A stretch of DNA of 64,000 nucleotides from Proteromonas lacertae (GCA_002245135.1 NGBS01000292.1:558001-622000); one strand, 5' to 3'. Shown: positions 1 to 12,908, numbered from the stretch's first letter. Program-made: numbers and translations. Notes: generated from the sequence alone by a model not told the origin.

Positions 1-2
1 CA

Positions 3-152
3 ACTTGCTTTAACAAATGTGTTACAGTTTTTGATATTAATATGATATCTGGGGAAGAAGCATTGTGTGTTGATCATTGCACGAAGAAGTATATTGAAGT
101 GAATAAGCTAATTATTGAAAACCAGCTCAAAAAAGCAAAGTCAACTCATTAA
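3..152 (+). CDS. Small Tim chaperone (Tim9/Tim10-like), C-terminal part; 5' end lies outside the window
   Basis: Frame from nt 3 reads TCFNKCVTVFDINMISGEEALCVDHCTKKYIEVNKLIIENQLKKAKSTH*. It has the twin CX3C motif (CFNKC...CVDHC) with small-Tim spacing. Confidence 0.8.
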   Translation, partial: TCFNKCVTVFDINMISGEEALCVDHCTKKYIEVNKLIIENQLKKAKSTH

Positions 153-238
153 TTATTACTATTTAAATACATATAAATCTTTTTAAAATGTGTACGTATG
201 TATATATATGATTAGGTTGGGGATTTGTTATACAATCA

Positions 239-1186
239 TCACGCCTTTGTTACAATGAAAGTACATCCAAATCCAACTGCTGTAGAGATCATTACAACAA
301 TCACAAACACATAAATAACATTAGGGCTTCCAAAATTACAAGTATAACCATTCTCTTCTTCAACAAAGAAATGTGTATCATCTGTATTGATATATAACAA
401 TCCTAACAAATAAAACTCTCTTACTGGTACATTCTCACTAGTACTACCGTTACCTTCTTCTTCTTCTAGTGATATTAATATATCATGTGGGATTAAATAG
501 AATCTAATCACTGATAATATTGATATAACTCCTAATGCAAATATAAGGACAACTATTATAGGTATTAAATAAATTCTTTTATTACAAGGTACTGGATGCT
601 CTTCGTTTATTGTGCATGTTAAATTATATGAAAAAATCATTTGAAGTAATATCAAAATAAAAGCATTTAATACTGATGCTAAAAATAGAAAAATGTTTAT
701 TATAAATGCGATTGTTGATAGTCTTCTTACAGGGGCAAACCAATAGTTACGATTTGGTAAGCCAATACCACTTTGACAGGATGGAATTACCACTATAAAG
801 AATATTTCTTAATGAATTATACAACAAATTATTGTGATTATAAATGAAAATCCAAAAACTACCCCTATGTATAGAGCAACTAATCCCGCCTATTATATGC
901 CATAAAATCTTGTTAATACTCTATTACAATAACTCAGCGGTTCTTCTGAAGCTGTAAAATGGCACACACACGTTTCTGGTAATTGTTTATAAGTTACGCC
1001 GACATGAATTCCTACAAACACTAAAGATCCTATAAGAAGAATCCAACCACTATAGTAACAAAACAAAAAAGCTAAGATACACAATAGTTTTATAGATCAA
1101 ATTCCATCTAGGTAAATACTCTCTATTATTACTAGAAAAACACATTTAAAAACTATTTGAAACGATAATATTTTTTGAAACATCAT
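239..1186 (-). CDS. Multi-pass membrane protein with DUF1648-like N-terminal and DUF5808-like C-terminal motifs; intron-containing; 5' end approximate
   Basis: YKQLPETCVCHFTASEEP resembles the DUF1648 Y-x2-LP-x4-HF motif. GLPNRNYWFAPVRR follows, then several hydrophobic helices. YINTDDTHFFVEEENGYTCNFG resembles DUF5808 (Y-x-N-x-DD...T-x-NFG). ORF pieces 893-1084 and 239-793 are joined by short GT-AG introns. Confidence 0.55.
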
Positions 1187-1423
1187 TTTTTTAATTTTTA
1201 GTAGATTGTAGTTTAAATTATGATAATCTAACAACACTTTCACTGTTTAGAAATTACAACAACTAGAAGCAATAATTTTACTTCACAATTATAATTAATT
1301 AATTAGATGAAGGTGATTTATGATATATAATCGGATCAAATATAATATTAACATATATATTGTATGGGTTGTTATTTTATAAGATTAAATTAGCTTGACA
1401 ATTGCTTGTGCGTGTTTGAATTC

Positions 1424-1467
1424 CAACCAATAACATTCACTGTGCCGCCAAACAATATCATTGGTTG
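1424..1467. promoter_or_regulatory. Candidate promoter: inverted CCAAT-containing pair flanking an E2F-like site
   Basis: CAACCAAT at 1424-1431 and ATTGGTTG at 1460-1467. CCGCCAAA at 1445-1452 reads TTTGGCGG on the minus strand. All lie 32-75 nt upstream of the RNR ATG. Confidence 0.4.
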
Positions 1468-1498
1468 ATTTCATTAATTCGCCGCCATTCTCTTTTAA

Positions 1499-3607
1499 AT
1501 GCTTTGCTTTCATCTAGACGATAACTTTGTTGAACAGTACCGTACAAAAGTTCCACCATTTGGATTTAATGGCTTAGGTGAGTTGGTTTACAGAAGAACT
1601 TACTCAAGAATTCAACCAGATGGTACAAATGAAGATTGGTACCAAACAGTCAGACGTACAGTAGAAGGAACATACTCTATTCAGAAGGAACATATTCAGT
1701 CTTTTCATTTAGGTTGGAATGAGGAACAAGGACAGAAATCAGCTCAAGAGATGTATGATTTAATCTACAACATGAAATTCTTACCCCCAGGCAGAGGCTT
1801 ATGGGCAATGGGAACATCAATAGTTCACGAGAAGAAATTAGCAGCAGCACTCAACAATTGTGCATTTGTATCAACAGAGAATCTCGATAAAAACCCATCA
1901 AAACCATTTGAATTCTTAATGGATGCTTCAATGTTAGGAGTTGGTGTAGGGTTTGATACAAAAGGTGCAAACAAAGTAACAATCATCGGACCATCTGAAG
2001 AAAAGGAGCAATACGTCGTATCTGATGATCGTGAAGGATGGGTAAAATCGACAGTTAGAATATTAGATGCCTATTTAGGTAAAGATGGTATACAACAACC
2101 GGATGTTGAATTTGACTATTCTAAGATCAGACCAAAAGGATTACCATTGAAAACCTTTGGTGGAGTGTCAAGTGGACCAGATCCTTTAATTGAATTACAC
2201 AATTACATTAGAGATGAATTAAATGCAATGATTGGTAAGAAAATAACAGCAAGAATCATTGTAGATATATTCAACTTTATTGGTAAATGTGTAGTAAGTG
2301 GAAATGTAAGAAGAACAGCAGAAATAGCCTTTGGTGAACCAGATGATAGTTCATTTTTAGATTTAAAGAATTATGAAAAGAATCCAGATAGAGCAGCTTA
2401 TGGTTGGACTAGTAATAATTCAGTATTTGCTAAAATTGGAATGGATTATTCAGAAATATCAAAACATATTGAAATGAATGGTGAACCAGGTTTATGTTGG
2501 TTAGAAAATATGCAGAAATATGGAAGAATGTGTGATAAACCAGATAATAAAGATTATAGAGTAAGAGGTGGAAATCCATGTTTAGAGCAATCTTTAGAAT
2601 CATATGAATTATGTTGTTTAGTGGAAACATTCCCAACAAGACATTCATCAAAAGAAGAATATTTAAGAACTTTGAAATTCGCTTATTTATATGCAAAAAC
2701 AGTTACATTAAGAATGACTCATTGGCCTGAAACAAATCGAGTGATGTTGAGAAATAGAAGAATCGGTTGTAGTGTAAGTGGAATAGCTCAATTCTTATCA
2801 AAATATAATATCGATGAATTAAGAGATTGGTTAGATAGTGGTTATAAAGAAATCCAAAAATGGGATGGTGTGTATAGTGAATGGTTTTGTATTCCTAAAA
2901 GTATAAAAACAACTTCAATAAAACCAAGTGGAACTGTGAGTTTATTAGCTGGAGCAACTCCAGGAATGCATTTCCCTGAAAGTCGATTTTATATTCGTCG
3001 AGTAAGAATAGCAGCAGGTTCACCATTACTTGAACCATTAGAAAAAGCTGGATATAAAGTAGAAGCTGATGTATATAGTCCAAATACTACAATGGTAGTT
3101 GAAATCCCAGTTGATGTTGGTGATAATGTAAGAACGTTAAAAGAAGTGTCAATGTATGAACAAATATCATTAGCTGCTTTTGTACAACGATATTGGGCAG
3201 ATAATCAAGTATCTTGTACTGTAACATTTGATCCAAAAACAGAAGGAAGTCAAATTCCACATGCTTTAGATTATTTCCAATATAAATTAAAAGGCATTTC
3301 ATTCTTACCAAAATTAGATTGTGGTGCTTATCCTCAAATGCCTTATGAAGAAATTACTGAAGAAGAATACTTTAAACAAAAGAGTAAATTGACATTAGTA
3401 GAATTTATTGAAAGAAAACCATTAGTTGTTCCAATAGTTAGTAAAGGAAATCAATCTCCAATCACAGTATCTCAAACAAATGACACAAAATCCATGAATT
3501 TCAAAATTAATTTAGAAAATGCATCATCTTCAGAAGAAGAGACTGATGACTTTAATATATTCCCAAATGCAGTTAGTTTCTGTGATGGTGATCATTGTGA
3601 AGCATAA
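1499..3607 (+). CDS. nrdJ: Class II (adenosylcobalamin-dependent) monomeric ribonucleoside-triphosphate reductase, intronless
   Basis: 702-aa uninterrupted ORF with PPGRGLW, LNNCAF, GNVRRTAEI, NPCLEQ (catalytic N-x-C-x-E), ELCCLVE, IKPSGTVSLL and a C-terminal redox pair FCDGDHC. Confidence 0.95.
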   Translation: MLCFHLDDNFVEQYRTKVPPFGFNGLGELVYRRTYSRIQPDGTNEDWYQTVRRTVEGTYSIQKEHIQSFHLGWNEEQGQKSAQEMYDLIYNMKFLPPGRGLWAMGTSIVHEKKLAAALNNCAFVSTENLDKNPSKPFEFLMDASMLGVGVGFDTKGANKVTIIGPSEEKEQYVVSDDREGWVKSTVRILDAYLGKDGIQQPDVEFDYSKIRPKGLPLKTFGGVSSGPDPLIELHNYIRDELNAMIGKKITARIIVDIFNFIGKCVVSGNVRRTAEIAFGEPDDSSFLDLKNYEKNPDRAAYGWTSNNSVFAKIGMDYSEISKHIEMNGEPGLCWLENMQKYGRMCDKPDNKDYRVRGGNPCLEQSLESYELCCLVETFPTRHSSKEEYLRTLKFAYLYAKTVTLRMTHWPETNRVMLRNRRIGCSVSGIAQFLSKYNIDELRDWLDSGYKEIQKWDGVYSEWFCIPKSIKTTSIKPSGTVSLLAGATPGMHFPESRFYIRRVRIAAGSPLLEPLEKAGYKVEADVYSPNTTMVVEIPVDVGDNVRTLKEVSMYEQISLAAFVQRYWADNQVSCTVTFDPKTEGSQIPHALDYFQYKLKGISFLPKLDCGAYPQMPYEEITEEEYFKQKSKLTLVEFIERKPLVVPIVSKGNQSPITVSQTNDTKSMNFKINLENASSSEEETDDFNIFPNAVSFCDGDHCEA

Positions 3608-3830
3608 TTGTAGTTCCTTTTTCTCTTCACTTATAACCAACCAATTTTAAATTTCTGTATTATTATTAAAATTAATAATTTAGCTTTTAATAATGTGTTC
3701 ATTCTATTGGTTTAATTAAAAGAAAAATCATTTCTAATTTGGGGGTTTTATTAAAAAAGAGCAAAAATAATCCCCAAATCAACTCTCTTTTTTTATATTC
3801 CGAAGTTAAGAGGAGTTTTGAATTGAAAGC

Positions 3831-5248
3831 ATGTTGTCAAGTGATTTAAGCACCAGTAATATTTTATTGAAGCTTCTCTTTGTTCCAGTATATTTTTTTA
3901 GGTTTATTTAAATAGATACACATTATTAGTGGAGTTCCTCACTTCTCATTAATATTCTGTGTTTTTTGTATACATAGATACCATTATTTTGTAGATTATT
4001 TTTATGGAATGATTTTTCAATCTTCAACTTCATTTCCTTCGGATTATATCATGTTAATCGATGCAGGAAGGTATAATAATTTTTAATTTATTCTTACCTA
4101 GTACTGGCTCAAGAATTCACATATTTCAATATGAAAGAGACTGGATGAACAACATTTGTGGTGTTAACGAAATAGGAAACAAAAAGCAACAGCCAGGATT
4201 AAGTACATACGTAAAGAATCCAGAATTAGCCTATAAAGAAATTGAACCATTATTCGAATATGCGTCACTCATCATACCAAAGTATGCACAACCAACAGTA
4301 CCAGTGTACCTTTATGCAACAGCAGGGATGAGATTATTAACAATCGAAGAACAAAAGAACATATATGACAATATTTATGAATATTTTAATTTTAAACAAG
4401 ATAAATTCTTATTTAAATTGTTCAGAGAACAGATACAAACAATAGATGGCAATGATGAAGGATTTTATGCGTGGTTAGCAGCCAACTACCTTGGTGGAAC
4501 TATTTCCGCTAGTTTAAAGAGAATGAAGTTAGAAACAATCGGTGCTTTGGATTTAGGTGGTGGTTCAACACAAATCTTATTTGAAACACAATTTGTAGAA
4601 ACATTAGATAAGCCAATTTCAACTAAAAATATATTTATTAGAAGCTTCTTAGGTGGTGGTGCTCAAGAGATGTATGACAAGTATATCCAAAGTGAATTAT
4701 CTTCATCATCAAAATCTTATATATTAGAACCATGTTTATATAAAGGTTACGTTGAAGAACATCCTAATTACAGTAATGTGAAGATTAAAGGAACTGGAAA
4801 TTACACAGAATGCAGAACTAATTTATATAATTACATATATTCACAATTGGATTCTGATTTAATTACCACACAAATACCAGCTGTTAAAGGTAAATTCTAT
4901 GGAATGAGTTTGTATTTTTATGCAATGCACTCGATTCAGTCCTTTACTGGGTTAATAGATGTAGATACCAATTCTACATATTCAATTAACCAGATAGAAA
5001 GTGCAAGTGATAGTCTCTGCCAGATCAAATGGAATAGAATGAATAAAATGAAGGATGATTATGCTGATGAGACTGTTTTACCTTATAGATGTTTTCAAAT
5101 ATCTTATATATCTGTATTATTGCATGATATTTATGGATTTCCAAAAAATTCCCAAGATGTGTCTTTTGTAGGCAGTATTAATGGAGGTGAAGTAGAATGG
5201 ACTCTTGGACTAGCTTTATCAAAGTACCAAGAATTCATAAATAATTAA
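3831..5248 (+). CDS. GDA1/CD39 family NTPDase (apyrase)
   Basis: Apyrase conserved regions: DAGS|TGSR (split by a short intron near 4071-4101), ATAGMR, DGNDEG..AW, DLGGGSTQ and WTLG. Short 5' exons encode a hydrophobic anchor. Confidence 0.9.
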
Positions 5249-5385
5249 GACATTTTCTATATTTGTTTTGTTGGGAGTGAATTTTAAAAATAACCAAAAA
5301 GTTGGTAATTATTACCATTACTGTGTAAAACATTAGGTCAAAGTATTTAATTGTATCTTTTGTTTTGTTGCGCTAAACACAGTAT

Positions 5386-7385
5386 ATGCCATCTAGTCAT
5401 GAAATTGTTGAAACATCGCCGGATGGAAGATACTTTAGAGTATTTATATAATAATTTATCCAATAGTATGATAAAATTATAGGAACTGGTTCAGTTAAAA
5501 AAGTGTATAAATTATTATATTTGATTTTATTGATCATAGATACCTTGGATATGATAATGATGAAGGATCAGAAATTGCTTGGAATGCTATCCTTGTTAAT
5601 ACAATCCCTAAAGATGATAGGAAACGGTTAGAAAGTGAATTAAAATTATTGAACAATCTAAGACACAAATATATACTCAGATTATACAGTTATTGGTACA
5701 GTGAAAATCCACCAACGCTAGTTATGATTATTGAGAAAATAAATGGAGGAAGTATAGCTGAATTCATCAAAGGTAAAGAACTGACATTAAAAGTTATAAA
5801 AAAATGGTGTATTCAAATACTTGAAGCTTTAAATTTTCTTCATTCACAAATTCCAAGGATTATACATCGAGATTTAAAATGTGAGAATATATTATACGAT
5901 TCTATCAACGGTAATATTAGAATTGGTGATTTTGGCTTGTCAATTCAAGCTTCTCAAGGTAAAACAGTGATTGGCACACCTGAATATATGGCACCAGAAC
6001 TGTATACTTGTAAGCCATACAATGAGAAAGTGGATATTTATGCATTTGGTTTGTGTTTATGCCAATTATTGACAGGTGAAAGTCCATATTTTGAGTATAA
6101 TTCAATTCCAGATATTATGTCTGCAGTAATCAATGTATAGATTTTATTAATTTGTATTAATGATTAGGGAACTGAGCCACAAGTAATGAAAGATCTAAAT
6201 AAAAGAGGAATATTAATGTCAGAAGATTTAATCACACTTCATGATGTATTACATCGAATATTAAATCATGATCCAAATCTGAGACCATCAGCGTGTGAAT
6301 TATTACATTATAAGTTTTTCTCTACTCAAGGATTATCCACAACTTCAACTAGTAGTGGTGCAGTATTAGTGAAAGGAAGAATCAGGAAAAGAAAGAAAGG
6401 AACTTCAAAATCATTTCTAGAAAATACAACTCCTAAAAGTGAAGGTAATGTAGATGATGATTTAAAAGAATTATTAGATAATATGACGAATGAAGATAAC
6501 TCACTATTAGCTGAAGAAAATGAAAGAAGTTCGTCCATTGATTATAATTCACTATTAAATACTCCAAAATCTCAAGTTACTTCCTCAAACAATTCATTTA
6601 GTATAAGTCCAACAAAAAGAATTGATAATAATAATTATTCTCCTCCTGAACAATTATTAGTATCACAATCATCCCATTTTTCTCCAAAATTTACGAATAT
6701 TCAATTACCACCACCATTGCTAACTCCATCTCATTATAATAACAAAGACAATAATAGTAATAATAATAGTCATTCGCTTACTCCAACATCATCTTCTTAT
6801 CTAAATACTCCATTATCTCCATCTTCTAATTGTTCTTATGATTATATAAACTCTCCTATTTCCTCAACTGCTTCTTCACCAGAACAAAAACCGATGCTAA
6901 TCCATTCAAACTCTATGAATAATTCACAACAGCAACAAATGATTCAAATGCAACAACAGAATATTCATAAATATAATTTTATAAATCATTCACTTCCACA
7001 ATCAAGATCTTCATCTTTAAAATACTTGTCACCTACTCCTTTATCTTTAAATGATAGTGGTAGAAATGGTTCAAATTCAAATTATATAACAGGTAGTTCA
7101 ACTCCAATTCAAGATGCATTTGATTATCAATATGGAATTAATAATTTATTAATTGTAAGAGGTTATTATATTGGTATAATACAATTTCAAATTACAACTG
7201 GTTATGTTACAGTTCAAATAACAACAGAAGATATTTCGTATGAAATGTATGGTACTTGTATGGATATAGTGTTGTATTTAGTGAAAATTAAATTCATATT
7301 AGAAAAGGATATTGAAACTTGTTATGAATTATTTAAAGAATATATAAATGCATCTGTCAGAGCTAGCAATTACAGAATTTTTTAA
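5386..7385 (+). CDS. WNK: WNK-family Ser/Thr kinase with low-complexity C-terminal region
   Basis: Spliced N-terminus is MPSSHEIVETSPDGRYFR|YDKIIGTGSVKKV. The lysine is in subdomain I and subdomain II (EIAWN) lacks it. HRDLKCEN, DFG and GTPEYMAPE are present. Confidence 0.88.
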
Positions 7386-7470
7386 GTGTTAATTTTGTTG
7401 TTTTATGTTATAATGTTTTTTCTTTTTTTTTGAATCAGAATAACACAACAAAAATTTAAATTAATTTTGT

Positions 7471-8958
7471 TTATAATAAAAATTCCTTTACAAAAGATGA
7501 TTTTCTATCAACATCATTCTCATTCACATATATTTCATTCTTATCTATACTTTTAATCACCTCAATAACATCAATATTACTCTCATTACTTCATTATTAT
7601 TATTATTATCTTCATTTACTCCCAATTCTTTCATAAATTCATAATATTCTTTATCTTCTTCATCTCTCATCACATTATTACTATTAACAGAATCTTTAAA
7701 CTTACAATCACTACTTACATGAGAACTATCACCACAAATTGAACATCTTATTTCCATCATATTATTATTATTATTACATCTATTCAATAAATTACTATTA
7801 TCTTTGTCATTCATTTTTTCAGGACATTCATATTCATTATGTCCTTTCATTCCACACATATTGCAAACATTATTTTCATAATAAAGAGTTCCGTTAATCT
7901 TCGCCAATTCTCTTAACTGTTTCATCTTATGTTCTTGTACTTTATTCTTATCTTCTGGAAATAATAAGAAGTTTACTAATTCAGTTGCTTTCTTGATTGA
8001 TTCTTCAGATTCCCCTTGTATTAAGACATGTAAATCATCATCATCATTATTATTGCTATTATTATTATTTAAATAGATGGTATTACTATTGGTGTATATT
8101 ATATCATTATTTTTTCTACATCTTTTTCCATTCAAACAACCTCTTCCTCTTATGTTGATTCTACAACCACTTTCATATTCCATTTGTCTATTTATAATAA
8201 TATATAATTAATATATATATATATACTTTTGAGTTTTTCCCCTTGGTCCAATCAACAATCCCATATAATTATAATTTGGATTTTCTTTTATGGGTATATA
8301 AATCTTCTTACTAATAGTTCTTGAATGATTATATCCATAAGTGAGTAATGGATTTAATTGGATTAATTCATTCATTGCATCTTTTTTTTCTTGTTTTATT
8401 AGTGATAATGATCTATTATCATTATTATAATTATTATTTCCATTTATATTATTCTCTATTTCTTTTATTTCTCCATTCAATTCTTCTATTAATATTCTAT
8501 GGTTTAATATCTCTTGATGTTTGGGTTCTATTAGACCATTAGCTACACAGGCACCTACTCCTTCTAGTAGTTTACTACTTGACATATTGAACTTCATTTT
8601 CTTTGAAATAATTACTTCTGATGAAGATCCCCAGCCTGTTCGCTTTTTACCGTGTGGACCATATTCTAATTCTGTTGGTAAATTATTTTCTGGTATTTGA
8701 GAGTTATAAACCTTTAATACTTCTTCGTAATCTTTCCATTCTTTTAAATCTTGGATAAAAGTGGGGAACTCACCGAATCTATTATTGCAATACAACATAA
8801 AAATACTGCTTTTTCACTATGTCGTTGCTATTGTACCATTTCTTCATTTTTACAAATAATTCTTTTTGAATGATGTATTCTTCGGCATTTTCCTCTTGCT
8901 CAATCTTTTCTTTCTCTTTATTGACTTCATTTTCACTTTCTATTTGGGATATATTCAT
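7471..8958 (-). CDS. SF1: Splicing factor 1 / branchpoint-binding protein
   Basis: KH-QUA2 domain ([27 protein letters not shown]|..[15 protein letters not shown]...LHVLI...[14 protein letters not shown]) and two CCHC knuckles ([28 protein letters not shown]). The 3' end is 7557 as sequenced, or 7471 if one A is missing at 7590-7591. Confidence 0.9.
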
Positions 8959-9302
8959 TTATTCTCATAAAAACAAGAAAAATATAAAAACTTGGCTTGG
9001 TTAAAATGTTCAAGATCTGAGTTTCAATTTCATTTTTGCAATTTTTAAGTGAAGGAAACAAAAGTTTCACCTATTATTCTATCAATTGAATATATTTCAT
9101 AATCATACATGTGTAAAGCCATAAAAATAACTGTTGTAGAAGAAAATAATTTCATTCTATCTTCAATCTGCACCAAATTTCAGTACATAACATTAAATAA
9201 TGTACAAAAATCATTAAATGTGTAATTCGTCATTCTACTGTTGTATTAGTTGATAAACTGATAAGATTAAAATACTTTTAATTTTGTGTTTTTTGATGTG
9301 TA

Positions 9303-11531
9303 ATGTCTAGGTATAGTATATCTATATATGATGGATACGCATGTGTTGTCGATGTAAATGACCGTATATATTTAAAATGATAAGAATAGGAAGGAATGGA
9401 CTTACAATCACACACAATAACAAACCAGAAGTAAAATTAGAAACTTTCGGTATATTATTTGGTGTAATATAATGTCTAGAGGAAAATCGTGACCGTTTAC
9501 CGAGTCTAACAAGAAAATTAAGTCATTGTATATTTAATGTCATAATATTTTAGCTGATGACTTATGTATCAGTTTATTGGAGGTTGGAAACACAGGTACA
9601 TCCAAATTTTGGGATGTGCCATTAAATGTCTATTCTGCAGATGCGCTGCTAGGAATATATGAAATTAATGATGGTATGATATTAAATAATAATATTTTAT
9701 CCAAAATAGAGTTATTTTTGGCTTATATATCAGAATCTATCGATGCAGGTTTCTTAATAAAGAATGAAAGGATATTTGTAATCAGTGACATAGAGATAAT
9801 ACCATTATTCAGATCAAATACATATTATCGTTGTTTCAAAGACATTATCTCCCTCTATCAGTCTAATTGTTTTTTTTATTCATATACTTATGACTTATCT
9901 CAATCAATGCAGAGACAATATGAAAGAAATTCAAATAACATAACGGCGCCATATATACATCATTGGAGTACAGTAGATAAATCGTTTGTTGTATTTTATT
10001 AATTATTTTTATTTACTGTTAGTGGAATTACAATATTTGTGCCAAATATTTCCCCCCAAACGATGAAAGAGCTTCACAATATTTCGTTCCAGTAATCAAT
10101 GGATTTATTCAACAATATCCAAATGTCAATATTGAAGGTGAATTATGTGATATTACTTTAATATCAAGAAGAAGCCAATATCATGCTGGTGTAAGATATT
10201 TGACAAGAGGTTTGAATGATGAAAAGAATCCTGCCAATTTTGTGGAAACTGAGCAGATCGTGGTTAGATCAAATGGTGTAACGAATAGTTTTGTAATGGT
10301 ATATATATATATATTATTTTTATTTTGTCATTAATGAATTAGATTCGTGGTTCAATTCCATTATATTGGAAACAAGAAATCTATATTAAATATACACCAA
10401 AAATATTGTTATGTAAAGATGAAGCTGCTAATAATGATGGATTAAACTACCACATGAATTCAATATTTGATCGATATAATGCAATATCAATAGTATGTTT
10501 AATAAACAAGAAGAAAGATGAATTGCTATTAGGACAAGCTTATGAAAGAGCTATTCAACCATTACTACTTCAATTTCCAGAGTATATATAATAAACTGTA
10601 TATATTATTATAAAAAATAGTAAAATAAATTTCACTTGGTTTGACTTCCATCGAGAATGTAGAAACATGAAATGGGAAAATTTGAAATACTTAATGAATG
10701 AATTAGAACATAATATTGAAGAATATAGATACTTCTCCATTGATAATAGTAACACTGTTTTAGAAAAACAAAGAGGTACATTCCGAGTGAATTGTATTGA
10801 TAATTTAGATAGAACAAATGTTGTACAGAGTATGATAGCTAGAAGATCAATATTAATGCAATTGAATAAGAATTATAATAAAGATGTTGTATTAGATTCA
10901 CCTTATACAGAATTTGAAAAGACTTTTAAATGTTTATGGGCTAATAATGCTGATGCTTTGTCATTAATTTATAGTGGAACTGGAGCATTAAAAGTAGATT
11001 TTACAAAGTATATTATTATTATTATTATTATTGTGAAATAGAACGGGTAAACGAACATTTAGAGGATTATTAAGAGATGGAAAAAGATCATTAAAAAGAT
11101 TTGTACAAAATAACTTCAATGATGGTGCAAAACAAGATTCTATCATATTAGCAACTGGACAAATCACTGAACCATTTCATCCAGTGAAATTGAATTGGTT
11201 TAATAAACATCCTTACAAATATTCATCTATTATGTTATTGATATTTATTGTTGTTGTTGAAGTAATACTAATTGCATTTTCTAAATCAAGTATATATTGT
11301 GGTTATATTTATTATTATTTATAGCTTTTGCTATTCAAATCAGCTTTTATAGCATATTATTCTTAATACTACTGCTGTATTATATATTTGTCAAGGTTGG
11401 AGTGAAATGTGGAAAGCAATTTACTGATCAAGTATATATATACATTATTTGCAGTTTATTACTTTTAATAGTCTTCTCTTTTGCATTATAAAAAACGTAG
11501 CTATGAGTGGCTAGGAGCAAATCAAAAATAG
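9303..11531 (+). CDS. SAC1: SAC1-family phosphoinositide phosphatase, multi-exon, with C-terminal TM helices
   Basis: Motifs FFYSYTYDLS, LISRRS..AGVRYLTRG, ANFVETEQI, IRGSIPLYW, the catalytic CX5R motif RVNCIDNLDRTNVVQ, and YSGTGALKVDFT|RTGKR. Hydrophobic C-terminus. Confidence 0.92.
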
Positions 11532-11730
11532 AATAACTTAATCTAAATTATCTGTTTTTGACTTATAATATATAATATATGTGATATATAAATTGTTTCT
11601 TAGATGAATGTTCCAGAATATTTACAAATAATGTCAGAATAAATTACTTATATAAACCAATCAGAAAATTATTCTTAGATAAATAAGAACATTTTTAAAC
11701 ATTTTCATTTTTTTCATTGTTTAGTAAGAG

Positions 11731-12908
11731 ATGTTTCGTTTGTTTTGCATTTTTGCATTGATAATAACCATTTATGCTGTATTATAGATAATATATACTT
11801 CTCTATTAGTCTGATGTTGTTGAATTAATACCTGATGATTTCTTTACTGTTGTTGGTAAAGATAAAGGTGTTTTAGTTAAGTTCTTTGCTCCAGTATATA
11901 TGCAATGATATATATTATATCTAGTGGTGTGGTCATTGTAAGGCATTAGCTCCAGTCTATGAAGAAGTGGCTACCATGTTTAAGAAGTATATTGATTTAA
12001 CTATGAATATAGTGAAAATGTTGTTCTAGCTGAGATTGATGCTGATAAACACTCTTCTTTTGCTCAAACTTATAGGTGTAACTGGCTATCCAACATTAAA
12101 ATGGTTTGATGCTAAATCCACAACACCTGAAGATTTTAATGGAGATAGAGATGCTAAAGGATTAACTAGATTTATAAATGACAAGATTGGAACAAAATTG
12201 GTTGTAAAAGAACCACCAACCAATGTTACAAGGCTATCATCAACTACATTTGATAAAATTGTTATGGACGATTCTGACTGTGTTTTAGTGAAATTCTTTG
12301 CACCATGGTATGAAAACTTCAAATATTATTCTTTTAGGTGTGGTCATTGTAAAGCACTAGCACCTATTTATGAACAATTGGCTCAGATATATAACAAAGA
12401 GAAAGATGTAATAATTGCTGAACTAGACGCAACAGAATATAAAGGATTAGCTAATAAATATGATATTAAAGGTTATCCAACAATAAAAATGTTCTTACCA
12501 TATCAAAAGTCTTCGCCAATAGAATATCCAGGGAAAAGGGATTTAGAGAGTTTAGTTGACTATGTGAATACACAATGTGGTAAATTAAGAGACCAATCTG
12601 GCTTATTACTAGAACAAGCAGGACATGTTAAAGCAATAGATGAAATATTACAAGATGGCAAATATGATAAATCAAAATTAAACCAAGTAAAAGATATTGT
12701 CAAAGATTTAGAAGAGAGTGAAAAAGAGTATGGTGAAATATATGTAAAGATATTGAAAAATGTTATAAAGAAAGGATATGAGTACTTATTGCCTGAATAC
12801 AATAGATTGACTAAGATAATAGAGAATGGACAAATGAAGCCACAAAAAATAGGTGAATTTGAGTATAAAAAGAACATTTTGAAAGAATTTATGAAACACC
12901 AAGACTAA
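11731..12908 (+). CDS. Protein disulfide isomerase with two thioredoxin domains and an ERp29C-like helical tail (ERp38/PDI-D type)
   Basis: Signal peptide. Two FFAPWCGHCK motifs appear after removing introns 11894-11924 and 12308-12337. GYPTLK/GYPTIK present. Helical C-terminus without KDEL. Confidence 0.9.

Noticed and set aside
1340..1498. Cobalamin riboswitch or NrdR box upstream of nrdJ
   Set aside because: No B12-box or GGGAA core is present. The NrdR-like AACATATATATTGTA is expected by chance in such AT-rich DNA.
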